The notes beneath the pieces were generated by a model. That model saw nothing but the letters and a program-made list of their open reading frames with translations. It searched no databases and had not been told where the DNA came from. This document shows, in pieces, positions 18,777-27,004 of a stretch of DNA of 36,026 bases. The stretch is taken from the IMG/VR virus record IMGVR_UViG_3300030392_000710, positions 1-36,026 of that record. The stretch is one strand, 5' to 3'. The position numbers and the translations under genes are program-made. This DNA comes from a virus (Duplodnaviria; Caudoviricetes). Position 1 is the first letter of the stretch. Every line of letters starts with the position of its first letter.

Positions 18777-20628
18777 CCTATTCAAGACAGACTCCGAGTG
18801 GGTTTGTCCCCAAAGCTACCCAGACCTAAGTGCTGCCAAAGAAATCGCAATAGACCTAGAAACATGCGACCCCACCCTAACCACTCTTGGGTCTGGATGG
18901 CCCACGGGCAATGGACACATAATTGGAATTGCAGTAGCCGTGCAGGGGGAACAGTGGTACTTTCCCATACGACATGAAATCGGCCCTAACCTAGACGATA
19001 AAGCCACCCTGCGTTGGTTACAGGACGTAATCAGCGTAGACAGAGACTACATCTTCCACAACGCCATGTACGATGTAGGCTGGCTACTACAGGAGGGGTT
19101 AACCCTTAAGGGGCGTATAGTGGATACCATGGTGGCTGCGCCCCTACTGGACGAAAACCGCTGGAGCTATGCCCTAAACGCCCTTGGAAGAGACTACTTA
19201 AGCGAAAGAAAAAACGAACGAGAACTCCGCACCGCCGCCGCTGAATTTGGCGTAAATGCCAAGAGCGAAATGTACAAACTCCCCGCACACCACGTAGGAG
19301 CCTACGCCGAACAAGACGCTGCCCTTACCCTGCGACTATGGCAGCACTTTAAGTCCCTTATAGTACAGCAGGACGTACAAGACATTTTTGATTTAGAACT
19401 TAAGGTGTTGAATGTGGTACTGCCCATGAGACAAAAGGGCGTACGAGTGGATGTGGAAAAAGCTGCCCTGCTAAAAGACCAGTTACAGGAAAAAGAAAAG
19501 AACATCCTCAACACTATCACCACCCAATACGGTGTACCCGTGGACTTATGGGCTGCTGCCAGTATTGCTAAAGCCTTTGATGCCGCTGGACTAGAATACC
19601 CCTACACAGAAAAAACAAATGCTCCGTCTTTTACCAAGAACTTTTTATCCACACACAGTCACCCATTGCCGCAGATGGTGGTACAGGCAAGAGAATACAA
19701 TAAAGCAAGAGCCACTTTTATAGACACCATACTCCGCCACCAGCACAACGGGCGAATCCACGCCGAAGTCCACACCCTACGCAACGATGGCGGAGGCACC
19801 GTTACGGGTCGCTTTAGTTACAGTAATCCAAACTTACAGCAGATTCCAGCACGCCACGGGGAAATAGGCCCCATGATTCGTAGCCTGTTTTTACCCGAAG
19901 AAAACGAACAATGGGGAGCCTTTGACTACAGCAGCCAAGAACCCCGAATAGTGGTGCATTACGCCAAGTTGCTGGAATTCACCGGAGCTGACCAATTTGC
20001 ACAGCAGTACCACGAAAACCCCCACACGGACTTCCACCAAATGGCAGCAGACATTGTAGAAGTACCCCGTAAACAGGCTAAAGATATAAACCTCGGCTTA
20101 TTCTATGGTATGGGTACACGCAAGTTGGCGTATACCCTAGGGTTAGAACTAGAAGATGCCAAGGATTTATTCGCCACCTACCACGACAAAGTACCCTTTG
20201 TACGACAACTAGCCGACTACGCCACCAACAGAGCCACTAACCGTGGCGTTATAAGAACGCTGCTGGGGCGCAGGTGCCGTTTTGAAAAATGGGAACCCGC
20301 CAAGTACGGCACATGGAAGCCCCTGTCCTACGAGGAAGCCTACGCCGAACACGGCCCAAGTATTAAGCGATCTTTTACCTACAAAGCTCTCAACAAGCTC
20401 ATACAGGGTAGTGCAGCAGACCAAACAAAGGCTGCTATGGTAGCCCTGTACGAAGAGGGCATACTGCCCATGATACAGGTACACGATGAGTTGGACATTT
20501 CCGTACACAGCAGAAAACAAGCCCAACAGATAGTTGAAATAATGCAAAGCTGCGTCGACTTAGAAGTACCCTCCGTAGTGGATGCAGAACTGGGTCCTAA
20601 TTGGGGGGAAGCTAAAATTGCCCTCTAA
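18766..20628 (+). CDS. polA: DNA polymerase family A with 3'-5' exonuclease
   Basis: ExoI DLET, ExoII HNAMYD, ExoIII YAEQDA; TVTGRFS..NPNLQQIP; motif A DYSSQEPR, motif B KDINLGLFYG, motif C VHDE. Confidence 0.96.
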   Translation: MQVSLFKTDSEWVCPQSYPDLSAAKEIAIDLETCDPTLTTLGSGWPTGNGHIIGIAVAVQGEQWYFPIRHEIGPNLDDKATLRWLQDVISVDRDYIFHNAMYDVGWLLQEGLTLKGRIVDTMVAAPLLDENRWSYALNALGRDYLSERKNERELRTAAAEFGVNAKSEMYKLPAHHVGAYAEQDAALTLRLWQHFKSLIVQQDVQDIFDLELKVLNVVLPMRQKGVRVDVEKAALLKDQLQEKEKNILNTITTQYGVPVDLWAAASIAKAFDAAGLEYPYTEKTNAPSFTKNFLSTHSHPLPQMVVQAREYNKARATFIDTILRHQHNGRIHAEVHTLRNDGGGTVTGRFSYSNPNLQQIPARHGEIGPMIRSLFLPEENEQWGAFDYSSQEPRIVVHYAKLLEFTGADQFAQQYHENPHTDFHQMAADIVEVPRKQAKDINLGLFYGMGTRKLAYTLGLELEDAKDLFATYHDKVPFVRQLADYATNRATNRGVIRTLLGRRCRFEKWEPAKYGTWKPLSYEEAYAEHGPSIKRSFTYKALNKLIQGSAADQTKAAMVALYEEGILPMIQVHDELDISVHSRKQAQQIVEIMQSCVDLEVPSVVDAELGPNWGEAKIAL

Positions 20629-21127
20629 CAACTTAGTTGCCCTTTTAGAAAACCGCTTGTTAGGGGGACAAGTAACACGCTACCACACCCGACCAGAAGT
20701 AGGAGAAAATCAAAGCGTAGCCGAGCACACTTGGCGTGCTTTAGTAATACTCAATACCCTGTGGCCAGAAACCAGCAAACAGGCCATGTTGTATTTGCTC
20801 TACCACGACGTAACCGAGGCCGAGCTAGGCGATTTACCTGCCACCACCAAGTGGAAGTACCAATTTTTGGCTGAGGAGTACCGCAGGGCGGAGTCTGAGT
20901 GTACAAAAACACTTGAAATAACTTACGAAATCACAGAAAGAGAAAAAAGCATCTGCAAAATGGCAGATATGTTAGAGTTAGTGCTACATTGCTATGGGAA
21001 AATGCAAAAAGGAAACACGTTGGCCAGACCTATTTTTGAGAATGGGATACATTTTCTCAGGAACAACTTTTCAGACAACCCTAGCTTCCCCCCCGTTGAA
21101 AAAGTACTAACTGAGTTGGAAAAATAA
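20618..21127 (+). CDS. HD-domain phosphohydrolase (YfbR-like 5'-deoxynucleotidase)
   Basis: RYHT...SVAEH...YHD..EAELGD...ADMLE; probable TTG start at 20618 after GGGGGA. Confidence 0.8.
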   Translation: MPSNNLVALLENRLLGGQVTRYHTRPEVGENQSVAEHTWRALVILNTLWPETSKQAMLYLLYHDVTEAELGDLPATTKWKYQFLAEEYRRAESECTKTLEITYEITEREKSICKMADMLELVLHCYGKMQKGNTLARPIFENGIHFLRNNFSDNPSFPPVEKVLTELEK

Positions 21128-21642
21128 TGAAAGAAAATTTTGAAAAAAGTCTTTCCATCCTCCTAAAGCACGAAGGAGGCTTTGTAGACCACCCCAAAGA
21201 CCCCGGAGGAGCCACTAACAAAGGTATAACCAAGAAAACTTACGAACAGTTCCTTGGAAGAGATGTTACAGTGGAAGAAATAAAAAATATACCGGATGAA
21301 GACGTAGAATTGATCTATAAAACTCTCTACTGGGACGTAGTCAAGTGCGATAAACTCCCTGCCGGAGTAGATTTTGCAGTTTTTGACTGGTGCGTAAACG
21401 GTGGCCCGAGCAGGGCAGCAAAAACTCTGCAAAAAGCCCTGAACGTGGATGTAGATGGCGCTATAGGACCGAATACGTTGTCCACAGCCACCAGCGCAGA
21501 CTCTACACAAACTATTGAACTATTTACCAAGGAAAGAGAAGACTTTTACCGAGGTCTAAAAACATTTGACACTTTTGGCAAAGGGTGGATAAGACGTAAT
21601 AACGAAACTTGTGAATTTGCAATCTCCTTGACGAAAAAATAA
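21127..21642 (+). CDS. Endolysin, glycoside hydrolase family 108 with peptidoglycan-binding C-terminus
   Basis: HEGGFVDHPKDPGGATNKGIT, FDWCVNGG, DGAIGPNT, FGKGWIRR. Confidence 0.92.
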   Translation: MKENFEKSLSILLKHEGGFVDHPKDPGGATNKGITKKTYEQFLGRDVTVEEIKNIPDEDVELIYKTLYWDVVKCDKLPAGVDFAVFDWCVNGGPSRAAKTLQKALNVDVDGAIGPNTLSTATSADSTQTIELFTKEREDFYRGLKTFDTFGKGWIRRNNETCEFAISLTKK

Positions 21643-21708
21643 ACCCCATGCTCCCCTACCCACCCGTTAAACTATAACTACATTTTATATTTACAAAAAA
21701 TTAAGTAT

Positions 21709-21777
21709 GGAGGGCGGCTAAATTCTATAAACGTACAGAAACTCGCAAGCTCTGTTAGGTGGTCGCCCTCCTTTTTT
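21709..21777 (+). terminator. Stem-loop plus T run downstream of the endolysin
   Basis: GGAGGGCGGCTA (21709-21720) pairs with TGGTCGCCCTCC (21760-21771), followed by TTTTTT. Confidence 0.5.
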
Positions 21778-21790
21778 AAGAGGAATTTAT

Positions 21791-22006
21791 ATGTCAAATG
21801 TTCTTAGCTTCAAGTTACCTACTAAAAAACATAAAACCAACATGGATAAGCCCCCGGTGGAAAACCCCCCCGCCACAATGGAAATACAGGTCATGTTGTG
21901 TGAGAGCTGTGGGGGCAAAACCTTTTTACTTTCTTCACAGACCACAGACATATACTGCTCTGGTTGCCTTGTACCTGTGTACATTCTACAGTGGGGTGAA
22001 AAGTAG
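21791..22006 (+). CDS. Small zinc-ribbon hypothetical protein (71 aa)
   Basis: GAGGA RBS; CESC...CSGC. Confidence 0.65.
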   Translation: MSNVLSFKLPTKKHKTNMDKPPVENPPATMEIQVMLCESCGGKTFLLSSQTTDIYCSGCLVPVYILQWGEK

Positions 22007-22035
22007 TTGCCGCTCCTGTAAGTGGTGTGTATTAT
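22007..22035 (+). promoter_or_regulatory. Sigma70-like promoter
   Basis: TTGCCG-17 nt-TATTAT upstream of 22078. Confidence 0.55.
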
Positions 22036-22077
22036 AGTAATAAGTAGCGTATTTTCAACGTATAAAGGTGTGAAATT

Positions 22078-22347
22078 ATGAGTAAGTACAAGATAGAAAC
22101 AAACATACCGTTGCCCCAAAAGGGCGAAAGGGCGACCGGAAAGGGATTCTCAAAATTCCCTGTAAGGGACATGAAGGTTGGAGATAGCTTTTTTGCCCCC
22201 GGATACACCCCAGTGTCTATTAACTCTGGGTTGTACGCAGCTTCCACTAAGCTAGCAGCGGAGTTGGGCAAGCCAAAGCAGCGACACTACAAAGAAGAAA
22301 CCGAGGTAGACGGTGTTAAGGGAACACGAGTGTGGCGTAATAAATGA
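22078..22347 (+). CDS. Small basic phage protein, possibly DNA-binding (89 aa)
   Basis: AAGGTG RBS; IETNIPLP...KFP...MKVGDSF...GTRVWR pattern common in phages. Confidence 0.7.
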   Translation: MSKYKIETNIPLPQKGERATGKGFSKFPVRDMKVGDSFFAPGYTPVSINSGLYAASTKLAAELGKPKQRHYKEETEVDGVKGTRVWRNK

Positions 22348-22367
22348 ACGAAACGATAAGTAACATT

Positions 22368-22533
22368 ATTATAAATAAGTTAGCTGCCTGAGGGTGCGAC
22401 GGCGCTGTGGGGAGACTCACGAATAGGGTTAGAGAGCGCACGTTCTTGAAAGGTTGGTTGTCTTTGCCGAATCCTAGGAATGCGCGATTGCGAGAACGGC
22501 AAAGGGAGGTAAGGCAGCTATCTTATTTATAAT
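22368..22533 (+). ncRNA. Candidate structured non-coding RNA / inverted-repeat-bounded element (166 nt)
   Basis: 22-bp terminal inverted repeat with 1 mismatch; internal stems GTGCG/CGCAC, GTGGG-GAGA-CTCAC (GNRA loop), CTTTGCCG/CGGCAAAG. Family not recognised. Confidence 0.5.
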
Positions 22534-22560
22534 GAGCACAACTCGTAGAAAGGAGAAGCA

Positions 22561-22740
22561 ATGAACGAAAACGAAACAGACCTAATTGCAATCACAGAGA
22601 TAGCTCGTGTTGCGTTGAAAAATAGAGACATTGATTTACCGGGCGGGGAAATTGGACGCCAGCTTGATTTGTCTGATGAAGAACTAGACCGAATTTATGA
22701 AGTAACAAATAAAAAATTAGAGAATCTATTAAGGCAATGA
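22561..22740 (+). CDS. Hypothetical protein (59 aa; below ORF-track cutoff)
   Basis: AGAAAGGAG RBS; MNENETDLIAITEIARVALK...LDLSDEELDRIYE...; ATGA overlap with the next gene. Confidence 0.7.
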   Translation: MNENETDLIAITEIARVALKNRDIDLPGGEIGRQLDLSDEELDRIYEVTNKKLENLLRQ

Positions 22741-22925
22741 GTAACCGCTTAATACTCGGTTATTGTGATAACCACCCCAGTCGCAAGGCCATTCTGCAAA
22801 CAGCAGCAACTAAGCACTGCTCTAGCTGTGCCCGAAACCAACACGGCGCAGCTCCCTTTACGCTATGGCGCAGCAAGCGCGATAGAGAACTCTGTTATAA
22901 CTTTTGGCAAGAGAGGTCAGAATAA
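22737..22925 (+). CDS. Hypothetical Cys/His-containing protein (62 aa)
   Basis: Coupled by ATGA overlap; CDNH...CSSC. Confidence 0.55.
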   Translation: MSNRLILGYCDNHPSRKAILQTAATKHCSSCARNQHGAAPFTLWRSKRDRELCYNFWQERSE

Positions 22926-22990
22926 TGTCTTACTATATTTTATTGGCTCTGGTTGTATTTGTTGTATGGATTTATTCACAACGTATATGA
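22925..22990 (+). CDS. 21-aa hydrophobic micro-protein
   Basis: MSYYILLALVVFVVWIYSQRI*; GAGAGG RBS; TAATG and ATGA overlaps with neighbours. Confidence 0.5.
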   Translation: MSYYILLALVVFVVWIYSQRI

Positions 22991-23223
22991 GTACCATTCA
23001 CCAGATATACACTACTGTCCTAAACGGGTTGCCGTGTATGGTGGATTTTTATTTCCACTCCCCGGAACCAGAAGTAGGCCAGTTTACCGACGCAGTGGAA
23101 GTGGTTATGCTGCGTTCCACTAATGGAAAACCCGCCCCGTGGATAGAGAATCGTCTTGCTGAAAAAGATTGGGAAAAAATCCACAAAGAATGCCACTCCG
23201 CCATGGAGACTAACTATGCCTGA
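22987..23223 (+). CDS. Hypothetical protein (78 aa)
   Basis: 3' part of track ORF 22765..23223; ATG 22987 overlaps the preceding stop. Confidence 0.6.
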   Translation: MSTIHQIYTTVLNGLPCMVDFYFHSPEPEVGQFTDAVEVVMLRSTNGKPAPWIENRLAEKDWEKIHKECHSAMETNYA

Positions 23224-23413
23224 CCCCATTACCTTGAAAGAAGCTCAGCGCACCGTAGTACTAGCCGCTATGAAACGTGCCCGCAACCCCGAATTCCGGG
23301 CAATGTGGGAGCAAATCTACAAACAGTTACTTGAACCCAGCCACAAAGTTGACACAGGCGAAGGGCTTTGTGCCGATATCAGCGCACGAGATGAGTTTGT
23401 ACCCAAAAAATGA
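23216..23413 (+). CDS. Hypothetical protein with A.NPEF..W motif (65 aa)
   Basis: GGAG RBS then ATG 23216 (track start 23156). Confidence 0.6.
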   Translation: MPDPITLKEAQRTVVLAAMKRARNPEFRAMWEQIYKQLLEPSHKVDTGEGLCADISARDEFVPKK

Positions 23414-23427
23414 GGATAAATTAAGGG

Positions 23428-23456
23428 TTGTGCTTCCCGTAGCTGGGTAATACTAT
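23428..23456 (+). promoter_or_regulatory. Sigma70-like promoter
   Basis: TTGTGC-17 nt-TACTAT, then AGAAAGGAG RBS for 23494. Confidence 0.5.
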
Positions 23457-23493
23457 AAATATAGTAGCTAACCACTCGTAGAAAGGAGTAGTC

Positions 23494-23769
23494 ATGGACT
23501 TGTACTGTAGCCATTGTGGGGAACCATGGGAGCTTGAATCCCTGCACGAAATAATAGTGGCTGAAAAAATAGCCCCCGATTTTGAAGCCGCCCGCAAGCG
23601 TTTTTATAAGTACGGTTGCGGAGCCTTTGATGCTGTTGCCCAAAAATGCCAGCATCCCCCCGTTACCTCTTCCACTAAAATAGCGGCCTATTCTGCGTTA
23701 CAAGACCTCTTAGGGGACGACGTAGACGGCCTATGCAGCATGGAAGATGAACTCGACTTTATCCTTTAG
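23494..23769 (+). CDS. Hypothetical protein with N-terminal CxxCGEPW motif (91 aa)
   Basis: Strong RBS; MDLYCSHCGEPWE; acidic C-terminus. Confidence 0.75.
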   Translation: MDLYCSHCGEPWELESLHEIIVAEKIAPDFEAARKRFYKYGCGAFDAVAQKCQHPPVTSSTKIAAYSALQDLLGDDVDGLCSMEDELDFIL

Positions 23770-23784
23770 GAGCCACGTAAGCTA

Positions 23785-24030
23785 ATGAAACGACTGTGCT
23801 ACGCATGTAAAGAGCAACCAGCCAGAAAGCTCAAAACAAAACGCGTCCACTACCGATTTGCCGTAAAACAGGCTGTTTTTTGCAGTCGCGGCTGCGCTGC
23901 CGACTGGGCATTGTTACAAATTGAAATGGGCGGGGAACTTGCCCTTTATTTCTGCAAAACGCATGGTTGGGATGACGATTTAGAGGTTGAGTGCGGTGAA
24001 TGTGATTATTTAAGTAAACACGGGGACTAA
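23785..24030 (+). CDS. Cys-rich hypothetical protein (81 aa)
   Basis: AGGAG upstream; CYAC...FCSRGC...CKTH...CGEC. Confidence 0.65.
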   Translation: MKRLCYACKEQPARKLKTKRVHYRFAVKQAVFCSRGCAADWALLQIEMGGELALYFCKTHGWDDDLEVECGECDYLSKHGD

Positions 24031-24031
24031 A

Positions 24032-24229
24032 ATGGAAATTCCACTATCAAAAGAAATATGTACAATCTGTTTTCTAAAGATTCCACCCACCCTAGACTCT
24101 GAGGGCAAAGTTATTTGGGATGGGGAAAACAAAGCATGGCCAATAACAGACGGCCTATGTTGTGACCTCTGCCAAGCCAACGTGGTACTCCCAAGAAGAG
24201 CTAAAAATACTATTAAGGCACAGCAATGA
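24032..24229 (+). CDS. Zn-finger-like hypothetical protein (65 aa)
   Basis: CTIC...AWPITDGLCCDLC...VVLPRR. Confidence 0.65.
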   Translation: MEIPLSKEICTICFLKIPPTLDSEGKVIWDGENKAWPITDGLCCDLCQANVVLPRRAKNTIKAQQ

Positions 24230-24447
24230 GTGCCCCACACCCCCACGGCGACAACAAGCCCCTGCACGACTGCACTAATTTAGAACTAGTACAGGAGTTG
24301 TGCTTTGGCGACACCAGAGGGTGGCTGTTCTGGGGTTCTAGGGGTGAGGCTCGCAGTCCAACAGGGGAAACATGGCACCGAGAGGAACTACTAGATGCCG
24401 TTAACGACCTGTACCTTGGTCGGGCGTTTTCCTGTGGGGAGCACTAA
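24226..24447 (+). CDS. Hypothetical protein (73 aa)
   Basis: ATGA overlap with the previous gene. Confidence 0.55.
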   Translation: MSAPHPHGDNKPLHDCTNLELVQELCFGDTRGWLFWGSRGEARSPTGETWHREELLDAVNDLYLGRAFSCGEH

Positions 24448-24450
24448 CAC

Positions 24451-24786
24451 ATGGGCATGGGATACTACTGCGACGGTTGCCACGAGGTAATTGCGCCCGC
24501 TGAGGAGATGGCCTTTTCCCACGAGGTGGAGGTACAACCCCATGTACACTACACGGCAGAACTGTACGTGAGTCCCCTGACGGTTAACAAGACCTTAGTG
24601 GGCTGGGGGAGTATCCCCACCTACTACCGAAACGTGCTACTAAAGTTAGAGCCACTAGATATCTCTGGCTTGTGGGCACCCGAAGAAGAGGAAATAAAAC
24701 ACTACTGCATGAACTGCGCAATGACAGAAGAGCTTATTAACAAAAACGAGTTAAAAAAGCTCATGGGAATAAAAAATGGCAAATAA
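24451..24786 (+). CDS. Hypothetical protein with two CxxC pairs (111 aa)
   Basis: GGGGAG RBS; CDGC...CMNC. Confidence 0.65.
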   Translation: MGMGYYCDGCHEVIAPAEEMAFSHEVEVQPHVHYTAELYVSPLTVNKTLVGWGSIPTYYRNVLLKLEPLDISGLWAPEEEEIKHYCMNCAMTEELINKNELKKLMGIKNGK

Positions 24787-24895
24787 CCTCCCAAAAGCAC
24801 CTTACACGGTACTAACGACATTTTTAGACTTTACCAGTGCCCTCGTAGACAACTTTTTTGCCGTACTGGTACCAACCCTAGGGGGTAAAAAATGA
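24776..24895 (+). CDS. 39-aa hypothetical micro-protein
   Basis: MANNLPKAPYTVLTTFLDFTSALVDNFFAVLVPTLGGKK*; fills the gap, with an ATGA overlap at 24892. Confidence 0.4.
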   Translation: MANNLPKAPYTVLTTFLDFTSALVDNFFAVLVPTLGGKK

Positions 24896-25074
24896 CAGCT
24901 AATAACCAGTGCGACTCTTGCGAAGCCCTAATGATTAATGGCGTATACTGCCACGAATCCGGTTGCCCCAACATGTGGAAAACCACCTCTGTTGACTGCC
25001 GCGAGTGTGGGTGTGGGTTTTACCCCAAGCACGAGGGGCAAGAGCTCTGCCACGATTGTTATTGGCCATTTTAA
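24892..25074 (+). CDS. Cys-rich hypothetical protein (60 aa)
   Basis: CDSC.ALMINGVYCHESGCPN...CRECG...CHDC. Confidence 0.7.
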   Translation: MTANNQCDSCEALMINGVYCHESGCPNMWKTTSVDCRECGCGFYPKHEGQELCHDCYWPF

Positions 25075-25225
25075 GGAACCGCCACATAAAAGGTTCTAAT
25101 TGGTAGGGTTGTGTTTCCTTAAAGGGGAGCTTAACCTATAGTTATAGCGGGGGGCTCCTGTTTACCCCGGTTGGTTGCCATTTGTCAGGGGCTCCTCGCG
25201 ACTTACAAAGAATGGAAAAGTAGAG

Positions 25226-25510
25226 ATGGAAGACAATTTCAAAAAGTGTAAGCAAAGTTTTGAAGAATCCGGAGATCCAAAGGGCAACCTTGATGTACTT
25301 AAGATAGTTTTTATAACGGAAGTACTAAACAATCAAACAATGCAGGGTTTATACGAATTAGCCTGCGCTGGACTTGTAGAAAAGTACAAAGACCTTAACC
25401 ACGACGAAATGATAGCCGAACTCTGCCACTTAGGCTACGAAGAACTCTTAGACTCCTACCTAAAAGACTCTTTAGAGATGCAGAAAACGAGACTAAGACA
25501 CTTACAGTGA
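25226..25510 (+). CDS. Hypothetical protein (~94 aa)
   Basis: 3' part of track ORF 25175..25510; start uncertain. Confidence 0.5.
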   Translation: MEDNFKKCKQSFEESGDPKGNLDVLKIVFITEVLNNQTMQGLYELACAGLVEKYKDLNHDEMIAELCHLGYEELLDSYLKDSLEMQKTRLRHLQ

Positions 25511-25524
25511 GTCAAGTGGCAACT

Positions 25525-25574
25525 CCTTAAAATGGGCACTATACTATAAGGGTACAAACAGCCACAGAAAGGGG
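25525..25574 (+). promoter_or_regulatory. Repeated promoter+RBS cassette, copy 1
   Basis: CCTTAAAATGGGCAC-TATACT-ATAAGGGTACAAACAGCCAC-AGAAAGGGG, ATG at 25581. Confidence 0.85.
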
Positions 25575-25580
25575 CACTAC

Positions 25581-26228
25581 ATGACAACACCATACATAAG
25601 TCCACTAAAGGACTTTGCCAAAGCTTACGAACCCGTAACAGCGGCATTAAACCCGTTTAACGAGTTCTACAGTGTGGAGTACTTTAACTACAATCCTAAC
25701 GTGGGTAGGATTTCCCGCAAATGGACCAATGACCCCGCAGGCGACTTGGAGTTAAACTACTGGCAGGATCGGGAAGCAACAGAAAAAAACGGCTACCTGC
25801 CTCTGCTTGCTATGCAAACAACCGAACTAGACGCTACGTGCTTTATAGAACTTGGCAAAGCCGACGCGGAAAAAATGCACCGCCGCACTCCCAACCTGTT
25901 TGCGTACATAGAACGCATAGCACACCGCCTGTGGGAAGCACAAGAGGTACGGGAAACCACATTCCTTAACTGGTACGACCGTAAGCCCGGTACCACACTT
26001 CCACGGGGTTTTATTAGCCTTAGAGAGGAGGTTTTACATTGGAGTTCCCAAAGCGTGGTGCTGGTGCTAGAGCTGGGGCGCGAGGATGACGCCGTACTAA
26101 GTAAAGTAATCAGCATAAACGGCAAAAAAGACTGGAGCTACGTGTGGGGTTTAATCCCCATGCCCACCATGGGGTCGGGAGAATGGCATTTTAGCAACGA
26201 GCCGACCTATAACCTCCAAACTTCTTAA
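25581..26228 (+). CDS. Hypothetical protein (215 aa)
   Basis: Bounded by cassette copies 1 and 2. Confidence 0.75.
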   Translation: MTTPYISPLKDFAKAYEPVTAALNPFNEFYSVEYFNYNPNVGRISRKWTNDPAGDLELNYWQDREATEKNGYLPLLAMQTTELDATCFIELGKADAEKMHRRTPNLFAYIERIAHRLWEAQEVRETTFLNWYDRKPGTTLPRGFISLREEVLHWSSQSVVLVLELGREDDAVLSKVISINGKKDWSYVWGLIPMPTMGSGEWHFSNEPTYNLQTS

Positions 26229-26232
26229 CTGG

Positions 26233-26290
26233 TTGTGGCTCCTTAAAATGGGCACTATACTATAAGGGTATAAGCAACCACAGAAAGGGG
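26233..26290 (+). promoter_or_regulatory. Repeated promoter+RBS cassette, copy 2
   Basis: TTGTGG-17 nt (CTCCTTAAAATGGGCAC)-TATACT-ATAAGGGTATAAGCAACCAC-AGAAAGGGG. Confidence 0.85.
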
Positions 26291-26297
26291 AAAGCAC

Positions 26298-26615
26298 ATG
26301 TTTCAGGAAAAATACGGAAAAATAATTAAAGAAGATTTGAGGCAAGAGGAAGGCGAAGCTCTTATAAAAGAGCTAGAAGCCGCTAACCCAAACAGATGGT
26401 ACGTGAACGTATACCATCGTGCCGTACTGCTGAGAAGAGGAAGGGCCAAAAATCCTAATGAACCCTCATACCATAATTGTTTTGCCGTGGAGGAAGTCAG
26501 CAGTGAGGCAATAAAAAATAGGCACGAAGAAGACTCCATGAATTGTACAGGTCACTATCGTAGACCTAACATATTAGCCACTGGCTATTTTATTGACGAA
26601 CGCGAAATACTATAA
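26298..26615 (+). CDS. Hypothetical protein (105 aa)
   Basis: Starts after cassette 2; its stop lies inside cassette 3. Confidence 0.75.
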   Translation: MFQEKYGKIIKEDLRQEEGEALIKELEAANPNRWYVNVYHRAVLLRRGRAKNPNEPSYHNCFAVEEVSSEAIKNRHEEDSMNCTGHYRRPNILATGYFIDEREIL

Positions 26616-26640
26616 GGGTACATACAACCAAAGAAAGGGG
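26607..26640 (+). promoter_or_regulatory. Repeated cassette, 5'-truncated copy 3
   Basis: ATACTATAAGGGTACATACAACCAAAGAAAGGGG, identical to the 3' part of the copy at 27877. Confidence 0.8.
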
Positions 26641-26646
26641 AAATAA

Positions 26647-26844
26647 ATGAAAACGGAACATGGTCCATTAACACTGTCTGTGGAAGGATACTTCAGCCCC
26701 AGAGAAATAAAAGCCATTCAAAGTGGTAAAGCAATGGTGTTCTTAGAGCTGGAAGATGACGCTATACAACGAGAATTTGATGTAGACAAGAACAGCCTTA
26801 AACAAGGTGAAAAACCATATGGCGTTAACAGCAGCGCAGACTAG
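26647..26844 (+). CDS. Hypothetical protein (65 aa)
   Basis: Starts after the cassette 3 RBS. Confidence 0.65.
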   Translation: MKTEHGPLTLSVEGYFSPREIKAIQSGKAMVFLELEDDAIQREFDVDKNSLKQGEKPYGVNSSAD

Positions 26845-27004
26845 GGGTGTTCTAGCACGCAGGGCTTTATTTGAGTCCTACAAGGAAACTCTAGCCAATA
26901 CCGGGTGTACTAAACCCTACGACATAATTATGGAGACTATCCATAATTTGGAATCAAAAGGCTACAGGATTACCAAAACTCCACAGAAAGGGGTAAAACC
27001 ATGA
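26807..27004 (+). CDS. Hypothetical protein (~61-65 aa)
   Basis: AAGGTG upstream of ATG ~26819; ends overlapping the next start. Confidence 0.55.
   Translation: MKNHMALTAAQTRGVLARRALFESYKETLANTGCTKPYDIIMETIHNLESKGYRITKTPQKGVKP

Noticed and set aside
20618-21127. DatZ indicating an aminoadenine (Z) genome
   Set aside because: No purZ-like gene in the window, and the neighbouring genes point to thymidine chemistry.
22368-22533. tRNA, tmRNA or hammerhead ribozyme
   Set aside because: No cloverleaf, T-loop or CCA, and no CUGAUGA core was found; left as an unassigned structured element.
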